A stretch of 64,000 bases of DNA from an uncultured Clostridia bacterium (GTDB lineage Bacteria; Bacillota; Clostridia; Christensenellales; UBA3700), in contig CAMWVR010000002.1 in NCBI GenBank assembly GCA_947177795.1, positions 25,764 through 89,763 of the forward strand. The letters are read 5' to 3'. The notes under the pieces were generated by a model. The model saw only the letters and a program-made list of their open reading frames with translations, was not told where the DNA came from and did no database searches. Below are positions 9,715 through 19,007 of this stretch, one piece after another. The first letter of the stretch is position 1. The number at the start of each line of letters is the position of its first letter. The position numbers and the translations under genes are program-made.

Positions 9715-9768
9715 CTCGGTTAAACCGATATGTGGAAGTGAAAAAATTATGTGAAAAAAGCAAATTAA

Positions 9769-10809
9769 TTAAATTCTGTTTTCTGCAAAAGACTCTTCTT
9801 CATTTGCGTCTTCGAAGTTGCAATACTCAATCAATTCTTCGTCCATTTCGTCTTCGACGACGATTTGTCTCGGAGTGATTTGGTTTTGAGCCATTTTGAG
9901 CATCACGTTTTGACGCAAAGCATTGTCGTTTGGCTTTGTCAACAGCGTTTGTTCTTTGTCTATGAGTCCTTGCGCAACGAATTTGTTTTCAAGGGGAGTC
10001 AGTCTCATGTCATACTGCTCGTAGTCGTATCCATAGAATTCGCATACGGTGCGGTCGTACATTTCTTGCGTAGCCTTTTGCAAGTACTCGATATTCTCTT
10101 TAGCCGACAAATCTTTTTTTGGATAGATAGCGGGGCATATCTTGACCGTGCAGTCTTTCTTGACGCCCAGCTTTCGTCTGATCCAATTTGGTTTGCGGAA
10201 GAGTATTACCGTCATTACGACAGGCACGTTGTTTTTGACTGCGTAATGGAAAGCGCCTTTTTTGAGCGGACGGGAATTTTCGTACTTTTCCCACATTACT
10301 TGCTCGGCGTAGAACGTGACGACGGAGTTGCCTTCTTCAAAAATCGTCGAGATCTCTTTATCGAGATTGCTCATTGCTTTGATAGAATTTGCAAGAGGCA
10401 AAAATCTGCCTGCTCTCAAGAATTTTCCGCCGATGCCTTTTTTGAGTTGAAATTCTGCGCCCGTCATATAGTGTCTGTGACCAAAAGCTACTTGGAAGTT
10501 GACCATTGCGTCAAGCAACATGACGTGATTTGACACTCTTATTGCATTGTCCACTTGTTTGAGATTGTCTTTACCCTCGATTTTGAGGTCAAACAACAAT
10601 TTGTTGGCGAGCGGGAGCATAGTGCGTAAAAGGAATTTGACAATCGAGCTTCCCACTTTGAAACTTGCGGTTTTTGGACGGAACTGATAATCCTTGTCCA
10701 CGGTGATTGCATCGTCGACAGTATATGGCGTAGACCATTGATCGTACGCTTCCATTCTTGCGTATTGCGCATGCATTTGATCGTATTCTTTTTGGGTAAT
10801 CTTTGCCAT
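9769..10809 (-). CDS. Lysophospholipid (1-acyl-sn-glycerol-3-phosphate) acyltransferase family protein
   Basis: 346 aa. It has the HX4D-type motif SNHVMLLDA and downstream blocks consistent with the PlsC/LPLAT fold (FYAEQVMW, VPVVMTVILF). Confidence 0.6.
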   Translation of the reverse strand: MAKITQKEYDQMHAQYARMEAYDQWSTPYTVDDAITVDKDYQFRPKTASFKVGSSIVKFLLRTMLPLANKLLFDLKIEGKDNLKQVDNAIRVSNHVMLLDAMVNFQVAFGHRHYMTGAEFQLKKGIGGKFLRAGRFLPLANSIKAMSNLDKEISTIFEEGNSVVTFYAEQVMWEKYENSRPLKKGAFHYAVKNNVPVVMTVILFRKPNWIRRKLGVKKDCTVKICPAIYPKKDLSAKENIEYLQKATQEMYDRTVCEFYGYDYEQYDMRLTPLENKFVAQGLIDKEQTLLTKPNDNALRQNVMLKMAQNQITPRQIVVEDEMDEELIEYCNFEDANEEESFAENRI

Positions 10810-11116
10810 ATCTTTGTCCTCCGCTAATAAAATGTGTAAAAGTAATTGACTTTTATCTATTATTTTACTATTCTAATTATAGGTCAAATGGTACAAAATT
10901 TCAACTTAAAAACACATACCATTTGGCAGTGAAATGTATAATATTTGACATGTCAATATAATTATGTCGATTATTATACCACATTTTTGACAAATTGTTG
11001 CTACTTAATAATCAGTTAATATTGCGTTAACATTAAGTTAACATAGTCTTAACGATACTCAAATATGGCAAAAAAGTTTATATTTGTCAAACAAAATCAT
11101 CTATGGGAGAAGAATT

Positions 11117-11686
11117 ATGGACAAAACAAAAAAAGACAGAAGATTCAAGCGTACCCAACAGCAGTTGTTGTTGGCGTTGAAAGAATTGATAAACACCAAG
11201 AGTATTATCAATATTTCAGTGAGAGAACTTGCAGAGCTTGCCGACGTCAACAGAGCGACCTTTTATCTTCATTACAGAGACCCTTACGATATGCTCGAGC
11301 AACTTGGCAATGAATTTATTGACAATATGAAGACGATTCTCATCAAGGACAACGAGAGTTTCAATCCTGCCAAGAGTTTTGTAAATCTTTATAAATACGT
11401 CAAGGAAAATTACGACATTGCTTACATTCTATTTTCGCCCAACTGCGACAGCGGATTTGGCAGACATTTGGAGAGATCGCTTGAGAAGTTTTGTTTTGAC
11501 AGTTGGATAGTACGCGCCAAAGACGACGACTCTCGCAATTGCGATTATTACAGCGTCTACCTCGTCGCAGGTATCAAAGCGTTGTTGGAGAAGTGGATAT
11601 TCGACGGTTTTGTAGAGACGCCCGAAGAAATGGCAAAGTTATCTCAATATTTTATGATGTACGGCGGCAAGCAGTTCTGGGAATAG
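11117..11686 (+). CDS. TetR/AcrR-family transcriptional regulator (DhaS-like C-terminal domain)
   Basis: The ATG at 11117 is preceded by GGGAGA. The N-terminal HTH is FKRTQQQLLLALKELINTKSIINISVRELAELADVNRATFYLHY. The TTG at 11084 in the ORF track is probably an over-extension. Confidence 0.8.
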   Translation: MDKTKKDRRFKRTQQQLLLALKELINTKSIINISVRELAELADVNRATFYLHYRDPYDMLEQLGNEFIDNMKTILIKDNESFNPAKSFVNLYKYVKENYDIAYILFSPNCDSGFGRHLERSLEKFCFDSWIVRAKDDDSRNCDYYSVYLVAGIKALLEKWIFDGFVETPEEMAKLSQYFMMYGGKQFWE

Positions 11687-11711
11687 TTGATTCGTCAAAA
11701 GGGCAGTGATA

Positions 11712-12161
11712 CTAAGATTTTGACGGGATATCATATAAAGACTTTAATTCAAGCAATCGGGCGTAGGCAAGTTGATATTGCGCTACGCTTACCAATTGGA
11801 TTTTTTCATCTTTTGTAAACAAAGTCAGTTTGCCAATCTTTCCAAACTCTTTTTCCGCTTCGACTTTTTGCAAATCGCAAATCTTTATTAAATATTTATT
11901 TTTGCCTATAATCAATGTGTCGTCGTTGAGTTTGATAAGGTCAAACGTGAAGGAGAATTTTAGGTGCTTTGCTAAGCCGTTGCCTCCCACGCCAATCAGC
12001 GCAAGTGGCACGGAAAGAAGCCAAGCGCTATAAATGGATGGTCTAGAACTTTCGACAAAAAATAAGCCGTAAATTCCTAACGGCAGAGTAATTATGCCCA
12101 TGATTAGCATAAAGAAATAAACAAAAAACATTGACTTAGATTTTTTTGCAATTATCTCCAT
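11712..12161 (-). CDS. Hypothetical membrane protein (two N-terminal TM helices plus a small soluble domain)
   Basis: 149 aa with two hydrophobic helices. It overlaps the upstream gene's stop codon by 1 nt. No family recognised. Confidence 0.55.
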   Translation of the reverse strand: MEIIAKKSKSMFFVYFFMLIMGIITLPLGIYGLFFVESSRPSIYSAWLLSVPLALIGVGGNGLAKHLKFSFTFDLIKLNDDTLIIGKNKYLIKICDLQKVEAEKEFGKIGKLTLFTKDEKIQLVSVAQYQLAYARLLELKSLYDIPSKS

Positions 12162-12772
12162 TATTTTGCCTTTTTATTAAACATTCTGTCGTCGTCTGTG
12201 ATTTTTCTCAAAACTCGGCAAGGATTGCCCACGGCTATCACTCCCTCGGGAATATCCTTTGTGACGACGCTGCCGCTGCCTATGACAGAGTTTTTGCCTA
12301 TCGTCACACCGCCGTTGACGATGACTCCGCTTGCAAGCCATACGCCGTCGCAAATGGTGATTGGCTTGGCGTACTCGAGATCGTATACGCCGTCGGGGTA
12401 TTGCTGAATGGCTCTCTCGTCTGCGACCAACGGATGCACGGGAGTTGCGATAGTGACGTTGGGACCGAACATAACGTTGTCGCCGATAGTCACGGGCGCA
12501 ACGTCAAGGATCACGCTGTTGTAATTTGCATAGAAATTTTCGCCTATAGAGGTGTTGCAACCGTAGTCGAATCTGACGGTTGGTTCAAAGTAAAAATCTT
12601 TTTTATGGCTTTTAAGCACACTGTGCATCAGGTCGTATCTCTTTTGTTTTTCGTCCTCGTTGGAGTTGTTGAATTCCACGCAAGCTTGACGCACCTTTTT
12701 TCTCAATGCAGCAAGTTCGGGATCTGTGGGATTGTATAGCTGACCTGCCACCATTTTTTCTCTTTCTGTCAT
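12161..12772 (-). CDS. maa: Maltose/galactoside O-acetyltransferase (left-handed beta-helix, Maa/LacA type)
   Basis: 203 aa with the Maa N-terminal cap (EREKMVAGQLYNPTDPELAALRKK). Hexapeptide repeats run through IGDNVMFGPNVTI...DGVWLASGVIVNGGVTIGKNSVIGSGSVV. Confidence 0.85.
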   Translation of the reverse strand: MTEREKMVAGQLYNPTDPELAALRKKVRQACVEFNNSNEDEKQKRYDLMHSVLKSHKKDFYFEPTVRFDYGCNTSIGENFYANYNSVILDVAPVTIGDNVMFGPNVTIATPVHPLVADERAIQQYPDGVYDLEYAKPITICDGVWLASGVIVNGGVTIGKNSVIGSGSVVTKDIPEGVIAVGNPCRVLRKITDDDRMFNKKAK

Positions 12773-12949
12773 AATATCACCTCTAATATATTTATATCAA
12801 TATTATATCAAGTCGTGCGATGATAAGTCAATGGGTTGTTTAGAGATTGCGTATTTACTCAGATTTTACATAATTAGAAAATTTTGTGTATTGACAGTAT
12901 TTATGTCGGTGATTATAATATACAGGGCTATTTTTGGCTAAGAGGTGAA

Positions 12950-14338
12950 ATGATGGGGATCGACGTATTGATAATAGGCGCAGGACCTGCGGGAATATTC
13001 ACGGCATTGGAGCTTGTCAAACAAAAGAGCTGCAAGAGCATTACTATAGTGGAAAAAGGCGCTTCGATAGAGCGTCGGCATTGCCCAAAGAATGAGACGG
13101 GCAAGTGCGTCAACTGCAAGAATTGCGCTATTACGACGGGATTTTCGGGCGCAGGCGCATTTTCCGACGGCAAGTTGTCGTTGAGTCCCGACGTGGGCGG
13201 AGATTTGCCCGACCTCGTTGGAAGAGAGTTGGCGGAGCAGACCATAGAGTATGCGGATAAGATATACCTTGAGTTTGGCGCAGACACGCATATCGAAGGC
13301 GTCTCCAATCCTCAAAAGGTCAAGGAGATACGCAAGAAGGCAATCAAAGCGGGGCTTAAACTCGTCGACTGTCCAATCAGGCACATGGGCACGGAAAAAG
13401 CTCGCGACATATACTATTCGATTGAGAAATATCTTTTGGACAACGGCGTAGAGATACTATTCGACACACCTTGCATAGACTTAATTATTGAAGACAACGT
13501 ATGCAAAGGCGCAATCGTCAAAAGGGGCAAAGAGGAAGTGTCGCTTGTTGCCGACAAGGTGGTCGTAGCCACAGGCAGAAGAGGCGCCGATTGGCTTGAG
13601 AGAGCTTGCAAGGCGCACAATATCGAGCATCAACCGGGCACTGTCGACGTGGGCGTGCGAGTGGAAGTGCGCAACGAGATAATGGAAGAAGTCAACGAGA
13701 CTCTTTACGAATCCAAGTTGATAGGCTATCCCGAGCCGTTCAAAAACAAAGTCCGCACGTTTTGCCAAAATCCCGGCGGATACGTAGCGCAGGAAAATTA
13801 TGACAACGGTCTTGCCGTGGTCAACGGACACTCGTTTAAAGACAAAAAGTCGGAAAACACAAATCTTGCGATACTTTGTTCGCACAACTTCAGAGAGCCT
13901 TTCAATCAGCCTATCGAGTACGCTAAAAAGGTGGGCGAATTGACGAATATGCTCGGAGCAGGCAGAATATTGGTTCAAAGATACGGAGATATTCTCAGCG
14001 GAAAGCGTACCTGGCAAAAGGAGTTGGAAAATTCTAACGTCAAGCCGACTTTAAAAGACGCAGTCGCAGGGGATATAACTTCTGCGTTGCCGTATAGATC
14101 GATGATAAGCATTCTCAACTTTATCAAACAAATGGACGAAGTAGTTCCCGGTTTTGCCAGCAGCGAAACTCTGCTATATTCTCCCGAGCTCAAGTTCTAC
14201 AGCAACAAGATCAAAATGGATGCGCATTTCAACACTAGCGTAAAGAATCTTCATTGTCTCGGCGATTCGTCGGGGTGGACTAGGGGATTGATGATGGCGT
14301 CGGTGATGGGGGTGCTGATGGCAAGAGAGATTATATGA
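12950..14338 (+). CDS. FAD-dependent protein (COG2509-type NAD(P)/FAD-binding oxidoreductase)
   Basis: Rossmann motif DVLIIGAGPAGIFTA directly after MMGI, with RBS AGAGGTG at 12941-12947. The start could be 12950 or 12953. The 12884 start in the track adds an implausible leader. Confidence 0.75.
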   Translation: MMGIDVLIIGAGPAGIFTALELVKQKSCKSITIVEKGASIERRHCPKNETGKCVNCKNCAITTGFSGAGAFSDGKLSLSPDVGGDLPDLVGRELAEQTIEYADKIYLEFGADTHIEGVSNPQKVKEIRKKAIKAGLKLVDCPIRHMGTEKARDIYYSIEKYLLDNGVEILFDTPCIDLIIEDNVCKGAIVKRGKEEVSLVADKVVVATGRRGADWLERACKAHNIEHQPGTVDVGVRVEVRNEIMEEVNETLYESKLIGYPEPFKNKVRTFCQNPGGYVAQENYDNGLAVVNGHSFKDKKSENTNLAILCSHNFREPFNQPIEYAKKVGELTNMLGAGRILVQRYGDILSGKRTWQKELENSNVKPTLKDAVAGDITSALPYRSMISILNFIKQMDEVVPGFASSETLLYSPELKFYSNKIKMDAHFNTSVKNLHCLGDSSGWTRGLMMASVMGVLMAREII

Positions 14339-14365
14339 CGACCGCATATATCGGCGCAATCAAAT

Positions 14366-14525
14366 GTCATTTCGACCGAAGCGTAGCGAAGTGGAGAAAT
14401 CTCAACGATATAATAAAATAGATTAGATTTCTCGACTGCGCTCGAAATGACTCGTTCAAGGTTTTACTTTCGATTCAAACGAGTCACCCTGAGCGTAGTC
14501 GAAGGGGCTGATCCGTTCGAAATGA
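14366..14525. repeat. Type-1 structured repeat cluster (3 complete units plus 1 truncated)
   Basis: Units: 14366-14402 (+, TTTC/GAAA, 16-nt loop), 14424-14451 (-, TTTC/GAAA, loop CGCAGT), 14483-14509 (+, CCCT/AGGG, loop CGTAGT). There is a truncated head in minus orientation at 14515-14525. Confidence 0.9.
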
Positions 14526-14544
14526 CATTGACGTCCATTTAAAA

Positions 14545-14578
14545 GATAAAAACAAGCGTACGATTTTTCGTACGCTTA
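14545..14578 (-). terminator. Intrinsic terminator of the asd-dapA-dapB operon
   Basis: On the minus strand, AAGCGTACGA-AAAAT-CGTACGCTT is followed by GTTTTTATC. Confidence 0.7.
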
Positions 14579-14610
14579 TTTCATAATATTAGCAAAATAT
14601 CAATTGATAC

Positions 14611-15378
14611 TTAATCCATAAATTGCGCAACCAAATCTTTCATTGAGTATTTGCCGCTTTGTTTTGTTGCGAGGAAGAGTCCTGCGCGTATTGCGCCTTG
14701 AGCGAATACCATTCTCGATTGCGCTTCGTGCTTTATCGTGATGACTTCGTCTTTGCCGATGAAAAGCACGTCGTGCTTGCCGACGATAGTTCCGCCTCTC
14801 ACGGCGTGGATACCTATCTCTTTGTTTTGGCGTTTGCTGTCCTTGCCTTGTCTGCCGTAGACGAATTCTTTGGAGTTGTCGAATTCTTCGTTAATGGCGT
14901 TGGCGATTGACAGGGCGGTGCCTGACGGAGCGTCAACCTTTTGATTATGGTGCTGTTCGATGATTTCCACTTCAAAGTTGTTGCCGAGGAAGTTTGCAGC
15001 CTTGCGGCACAATTCTATCATGAGATTTACGCCCAGCGACATATTGCTGGATTGGAATACTGCAATGCTCTTGCTTGCCTCGTCGATTTTTGCCTGTTGT
15101 TCTGCGGTATATCCCGTGGTGGCAAGCATGATTCCCGTCTTGTGGGCAAGAGCGTATTCAAGTATTTCGTTCAAAGCGTCGGGACGGGAAAAATCTATTA
15201 TCACGTCGGCATTGACGTTGATATCCTTTCCGCATTTAAATACGGGTACGGAGAATTGCTTAGCGTCGGCGAATTTATCCACGCCGCCCACGCATTGAGC
15301 GTTTTCAAAAGAGGGGAGACATTCGAGAATATTTCTTCCCATTTTACCGCCGATACCCCAAATTAAAATCTTTGTCAT
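14611..15378 (-). CDS. dapB: 4-hydroxy-tetrahydrodipicolinate reductase
   Basis: 255 aa with an N-terminal GxxGxxG-like motif (IWGIGGKMGRN), the EIIEQHHNQKVDAPSGTA signature, and HAVRGG. Confidence 0.92.
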   Translation of the reverse strand: MTKILIWGIGGKMGRNILECLPSFENAQCVGGVDKFADAKQFSVPVFKCGKDINVNADVIIDFSRPDALNEILEYALAHKTGIMLATTGYTAEQQAKIDEASKSIAVFQSSNMSLGVNLMIELCRKAANFLGNNFEVEIIEQHHNQKVDAPSGTALSIANAINEEFDNSKEFVYGRQGKDSKRQNKEIGIHAVRGGTIVGKHDVLFIGKDEVITIKHEAQSRMVFAQGAIRAGLFLATKQSGKYSMKDLVAQFMD

Positions 15379-15387
15379 ATCACACCT

Positions 15388-16266
15388 TTAAATTATATTG
15401 AGTCTTTGCATTTCTTCTTTAAGCGCCTTTGCCTTGCAATCGCTCATCGGAGTGAGCGGAAGTCTCAATTCGTTTTGGCAAAGTCCGAGCAGAGAGCAGG
15501 CGTATTTAATTGGAATGGGATTGACTTCGCTGAAGAGCAAGTCGATAAATTTGTCGTACTTGTTGAGCAACTTATCCGCACTGTCAAAATCCTTTGCGTT
15601 GGCGTACGCCATGACTTGCGCAAATTCTTTGGGCAAGGCGTTGCTTGCGACGGAAATCAGAGTAGTTCCGCCGAGTCTTGCGATATCCACTGCGAGTTTG
15701 TCGTCGCCGCTCATGAGCTGAAGACCCGTTCCCTTGACGGCTTGAGCCGTCTTGGCGATTTGTTCCAAGTTGCCGCACGCCTCTTTGATACCCACGATAG
15801 AGGGGATTGAATGCGCCAATCTACCTGCCGTCTCGGGGAGAATGTTGACTCCCGTTCTGCCCGGCACGTTGTAGATTATCATAGGCAAGTCGCACTTGTC
15901 GGCGATAGCCTCGTAGTGCAAATACAGTCCCTCTTGCGTACACTTATTGTAGTAGGGCGACACGACCAAGATACCGTCTGCGCCCTCGTCCTTTGCGACG
16001 ACAGAATTTTCCACGGCGGTAGCCGTGCAATTAGAGCCCGTGCCGAAGATGACGGGTACGCGTCCGTTGACTTGCTTGATTGCAAAATCTCGGAGAGCTT
16101 TCTTTTCGGCAGACGTCATAGTGGCTGGTTCGCCCGTCGTGCCGATAAAGACGATTCCGTCGATACCGCCGTCGATTTGATATTCAATAAGTTTTTTAAA
16201 ACTGTCGTAATCCACTCCCGATTTGCCAAACGGGGTAATTATCGCAGTGTAAGTACCTTCAAACAT
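15388..16266 (-). CDS. dapA: 4-hydroxy-tetrahydrodipicolinate synthase
   Basis: 292 aa with GTTGEPATMT, the YNVPGRTG motif and a KEA lysine region (VGIKEACG). Confidence 0.93.
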   Translation of the reverse strand: MFEGTYTAIITPFGKSGVDYDSFKKLIEYQIDGGIDGIVFIGTTGEPATMTSAEKKALRDFAIKQVNGRVPVIFGTGSNCTATAVENSVVAKDEGADGILVVSPYYNKCTQEGLYLHYEAIADKCDLPMIIYNVPGRTGVNILPETAGRLAHSIPSIVGIKEACGNLEQIAKTAQAVKGTGLQLMSGDDKLAVDIARLGGTTLISVASNALPKEFAQVMAYANAKDFDSADKLLNKYDKFIDLLFSEVNPIPIKYACSLLGLCQNELRLPLTPMSDCKAKALKEEMQRLNII

Positions 16267-16297
16267 ATTATTCCTTCTTTATATTATATATACTATA

Positions 16298-17317
16298 TTA
16301 TATTTTGCCGTTGGCGATCATATACTCGGCAATTTGTACTGCGTTGCTTGCTGCGCCCTTGCGGATATTGTCGGATACCACCCAGAGGTTGCAACCGCTT
16401 TCGACGGTGTCGTCGAGACGGATACGACCGACGTAGACTTCGTCGTGACCCGTTGCATCCATAGGCATGGGGTACTTGTTGTTTGCCACGTCGTCGACGA
16501 TGACGATGCCTTTTTGACCTTTGAGAGCCTCGATGATGCCTTCTTTGGTGCAAGGCTTGTTGAACTCAAGGTTGATAGACTCGGAGTGCGAGTTGAGTAC
16601 GGGGACTCTTACCGTAGTTGCGGTAACTTTGATGGATTGATCTCCGAGTATCTTCTTTGTCTCTTTCATCATCTTTTCCTCTTCTTTGGTATATCCGTTG
16701 TCGAGGAATACGTCGATATGAGGCAAGCAGTTGTTTGCTATCTGATAGGGGAATTTCTTAGTTGCGTACTCTTGTCCGTTGACAAAAGCCTTGAGACCTT
16801 CGAGAAGGTCGTTATATCCCGCTACGCCTGCGCCGCTTACTGCTTGGTAGGTGCTGTATACGACTCTCTTGATGCCGTATTTGTCATGGAGCGGCTTGAG
16901 AGCTACCATTGCTTGGATAGTAGAGCAGTTTGGATTGGCGATGATGCCGTGATTCCAATCGATGTCTTGTGGATTGACCTCGGGCACAACGAGCGGAACC
17001 GTCGGATCCATTCTCCATTGGCTGGAGTTGTCTATTACGACTGCGCCGCAATCTGCAAATACGGGAGCAAACTTTGCGCTTGTCGAACCGCCTGCGGAGA
17101 AGAGGGCAATGTCAACTTTGTGAGCCTTGACGTTTTCTTCCGTCAATTCGATGACGGTGTGGGGCTTGCCCATAAAGTCAATGACTTTGCCTGCGCTCTT
17201 TGCAGATGCAAAAAGATAATAATTCTCGACAGGCAATTGCTTTTCTGTGAGTACTTCCAAGAATTTGTTGCCAACCATTCCGGTTGCGCCGACTACGGCT
17301 ACGTTGTATTTTTTCAT
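16298..17317 (-). CDS. asd: Aspartate-semialdehyde dehydrogenase
   Basis: 339 aa with VAVVGATGMVG, the active-site NPNCSTI, and the SGAG motif. Confidence 0.93.
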   Translation of the reverse strand: MKKYNVAVVGATGMVGNKFLEVLTEKQLPVENYYLFASAKSAGKVIDFMGKPHTVIELTEENVKAHKVDIALFSAGGSTSAKFAPVFADCGAVVIDNSSQWRMDPTVPLVVPEVNPQDIDWNHGIIANPNCSTIQAMVALKPLHDKYGIKRVVYSTYQAVSGAGVAGYNDLLEGLKAFVNGQEYATKKFPYQIANNCLPHIDVFLDNGYTKEEEKMMKETKKILGDQSIKVTATTVRVPVLNSHSESINLEFNKPCTKEGIIEALKGQKGIVIVDDVANNKYPMPMDATGHDEVYVGRIRLDDTVESGCNLWVVSDNIRKGAASNAVQIAEYMIANGKI

Positions 17318-17371
17318 AAATATCTCCTTAAAGATAAAAGTATTTTCTTATTCAAGTCCACGATGAGCAAT

Positions 17372-17597
17372 AAAAAACGCTCTGCCATACAATAGGCAAA
17401 GCATTAAAGTTGACAATTGGATAGATATTGTCAGTTTAAGCGCTTCACCTGATTGACTAGGTGACAGTCGCAGGGTTGTTCACCGTAGCGACCAACCGCA
17501 TATCTCGCAAGATTGATATACGATTTCGGCAAAATATCCTTTCTTGGGTGCGTCTTGTCGCATTTTTCCCAATACTATTATATTCTGCGCCTCTGTA
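17372..17597 (-). promoter_or_regulatory. Lysine riboswitch (L-box) with terminator expression platform, leader of asd-dapA-dapB
   Basis: The minus strand reads ACAGAGGCGC..AGTA..GGGAA..GAAAGG..GCCGAA..TGG..ACTGTCAC-CTAGTCAATCAGG-TGAAGCGC, matching the conserved L-box blocks. It is followed by the hairpin GCTTTGCC-TATTGTAT-GGCAGAGC plus TTTTTT (17372-17402), and lies directly upstream of lysine-pathway genes. Confidence 0.8.
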
Positions 17598-17689
17598 AAC
17601 TTAAGAGTATATTATCATATTATTTAAGATATGTAAAGCGATTTGCAATCAAAACATTTTGGAAATTTATGTAACGCTGTCGCCGTGAC

Positions 17690-17833
17690 GTCATTTTGCG
17701 TCAACTTGTCATTTCGACCGTAGTAATTTTGTCATTTCAAGGTAGTCATTCTGTCATTTCGAGCGTAGCCGAGAAATCTATTTAATAACGCCGTTGCGTT
17801 ATTTTGTCACCTCGAGCGTAGCCGAGAGGTCTA
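17690..17833 (+). repeat. Type-1 repeat cluster: tandem array of truncated GTCATTT heads followed by 2 complete units
   Basis: Heads start at 17690, 17708, 17731 and 17745. Complete units are 17753-17780 (TTTC/GAAA, loop CGTAGC) and 17806-17833 (CCTC/GAGG, loop CGTAGC). Confidence 0.85.
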
Positions 17834-17999
17834 ATCCGTAAAAAGTTTGCTTACGCTGCAACTTTAATTTACAAAAAATTGCACGATGCAATTTTCTTTT
17901 ACATTGCGGTTTATAATTTATGGGCAAGAATATTTGCTTAAATAAAAAAAAGAGTGTATACTGTATGGGTAAAATAATCCAAAATTAAACGGAGAGGGT

Positions 18000-19001
18000 A
18001 TGAGCGCAGTAAATAATATAGCTAAAAAACTCGTTTTAAAGAGAGACTTATCGCCTGAGGGCAGAGTAACTAATTACAAAGGTCGCATTCGTCAGGCAAT
18101 AGCGGCGATATCGGCGAATATGACTAAGTTGGTATTGCTCAACTTGCTTATGGTCGTGGCGTGCGCTCCTCTTATTGCGACGTATTTTGTTATGAGATCC
18201 CAAGAGGCGGCGGCAGTTGCCGGCTTGAATTTCAGCACGGGCATAGGCGTAGGCTTTGGCGTAAGCGACGATACGTTGATTGCAATCGAGAGGATATACG
18301 ACATAAGGCTTATGGGATACGGACTTGCGATACTCCCGACGTGTCTGCTCGTGGGATTGTTTGCTTCGGGACTTTACTATTGTTGCCGTAATATGCTTTG
18401 GAATACCAAAGTCAAGGTGGTCAAGCATTTTTTCAGAGGAATCAAAAACAATTGGTATAAGTTCATGCTCTCGTTTGCTTGGCTTGGCGCATTGGCAACG
18501 GGCTTTGCGTGTTCGCTCATCAAAGTGCTTAAAGATACTGCTCTCAACGGCAGCGCCAACGCAGGTTGGTGGGCGCTCATGATATTCATCGGCATATTGG
18601 CTTTGCTGAGCGCTTTGTATATGATGATCGGGCAGGGTATGTACGTGACTTATAAGTTCAAGATGAAAGAGTATATCGTCAATACCTGCTGTCTCACGCT
18701 TTTGATGATATTGCCGGCGCTTATAGTTACGATTTTCTTCTCGGGCGTAATGGCGTTGAGCTTCGTCAGCATTATAGGTATGTTTATACTCGTCGTAATG
18801 GTAATGATAGGTTTTTCTGCCTTTGCGATATTTAATATTGCCTTCTCGCAATACGCTACCGACACCTTTATAGCTTACTTGTATGAAGAAGAGCAAAAGG
18901 CTATACTCAAAGAGCAAGAAAAGCAGGCGAAACAGCGCAACAAAGAGAAAAAGAAACAAGCTCAAAAGAACAATTATCAAGGCAAGAAGAAAAAGAGATA
19001 A
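18000..19001 (+). CDS. Polytopic membrane protein, YesL/DUF624-like, with a K/E/Q-rich C-terminal tail
   Basis: 333 aa and multiple TM helices. The N-terminal pattern LNLLMVVACAPLIAT and the later VKHFFRGIKNNW resemble YesL-family proteins. Assigned from memory only. Confidence 0.5.
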   Translation: MSAVNNIAKKLVLKRDLSPEGRVTNYKGRIRQAIAAISANMTKLVLLNLLMVVACAPLIATYFVMRSQEAAAVAGLNFSTGIGVGFGVSDDTLIAIERIYDIRLMGYGLAILPTCLLVGLFASGLYYCCRNMLWNTKVKVVKHFFRGIKNNWYKFMLSFAWLGALATGFACSLIKVLKDTALNGSANAGWWALMIFIGILALLSALYMMIGQGMYVTYKFKMKEYIVNTCCLTLLMILPALIVTIFFSGVMALSFVSIIGMFILVVMVMIGFSAFAIFNIAFSQYATDTFIAYLYEEEQKAILKEQEKQAKQRNKEKKKQAQKNNYQGKKKKR

Positions 19002-19007
19002 CACGTT

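Noticed and set aside
12884-12949. Upstream TTG start of the FAD-dependent protein
   Set aside because: The extension has no RBS, and the Rossmann motif begins immediately after the RBS-preceded ATG at 12950/12953.
16334-17395. 353-aa ORF antisense to asd
   Set aside because: It is a shadow ORF. It also runs through the riboswitch terminator, and asd on the opposite strand is unambiguous.
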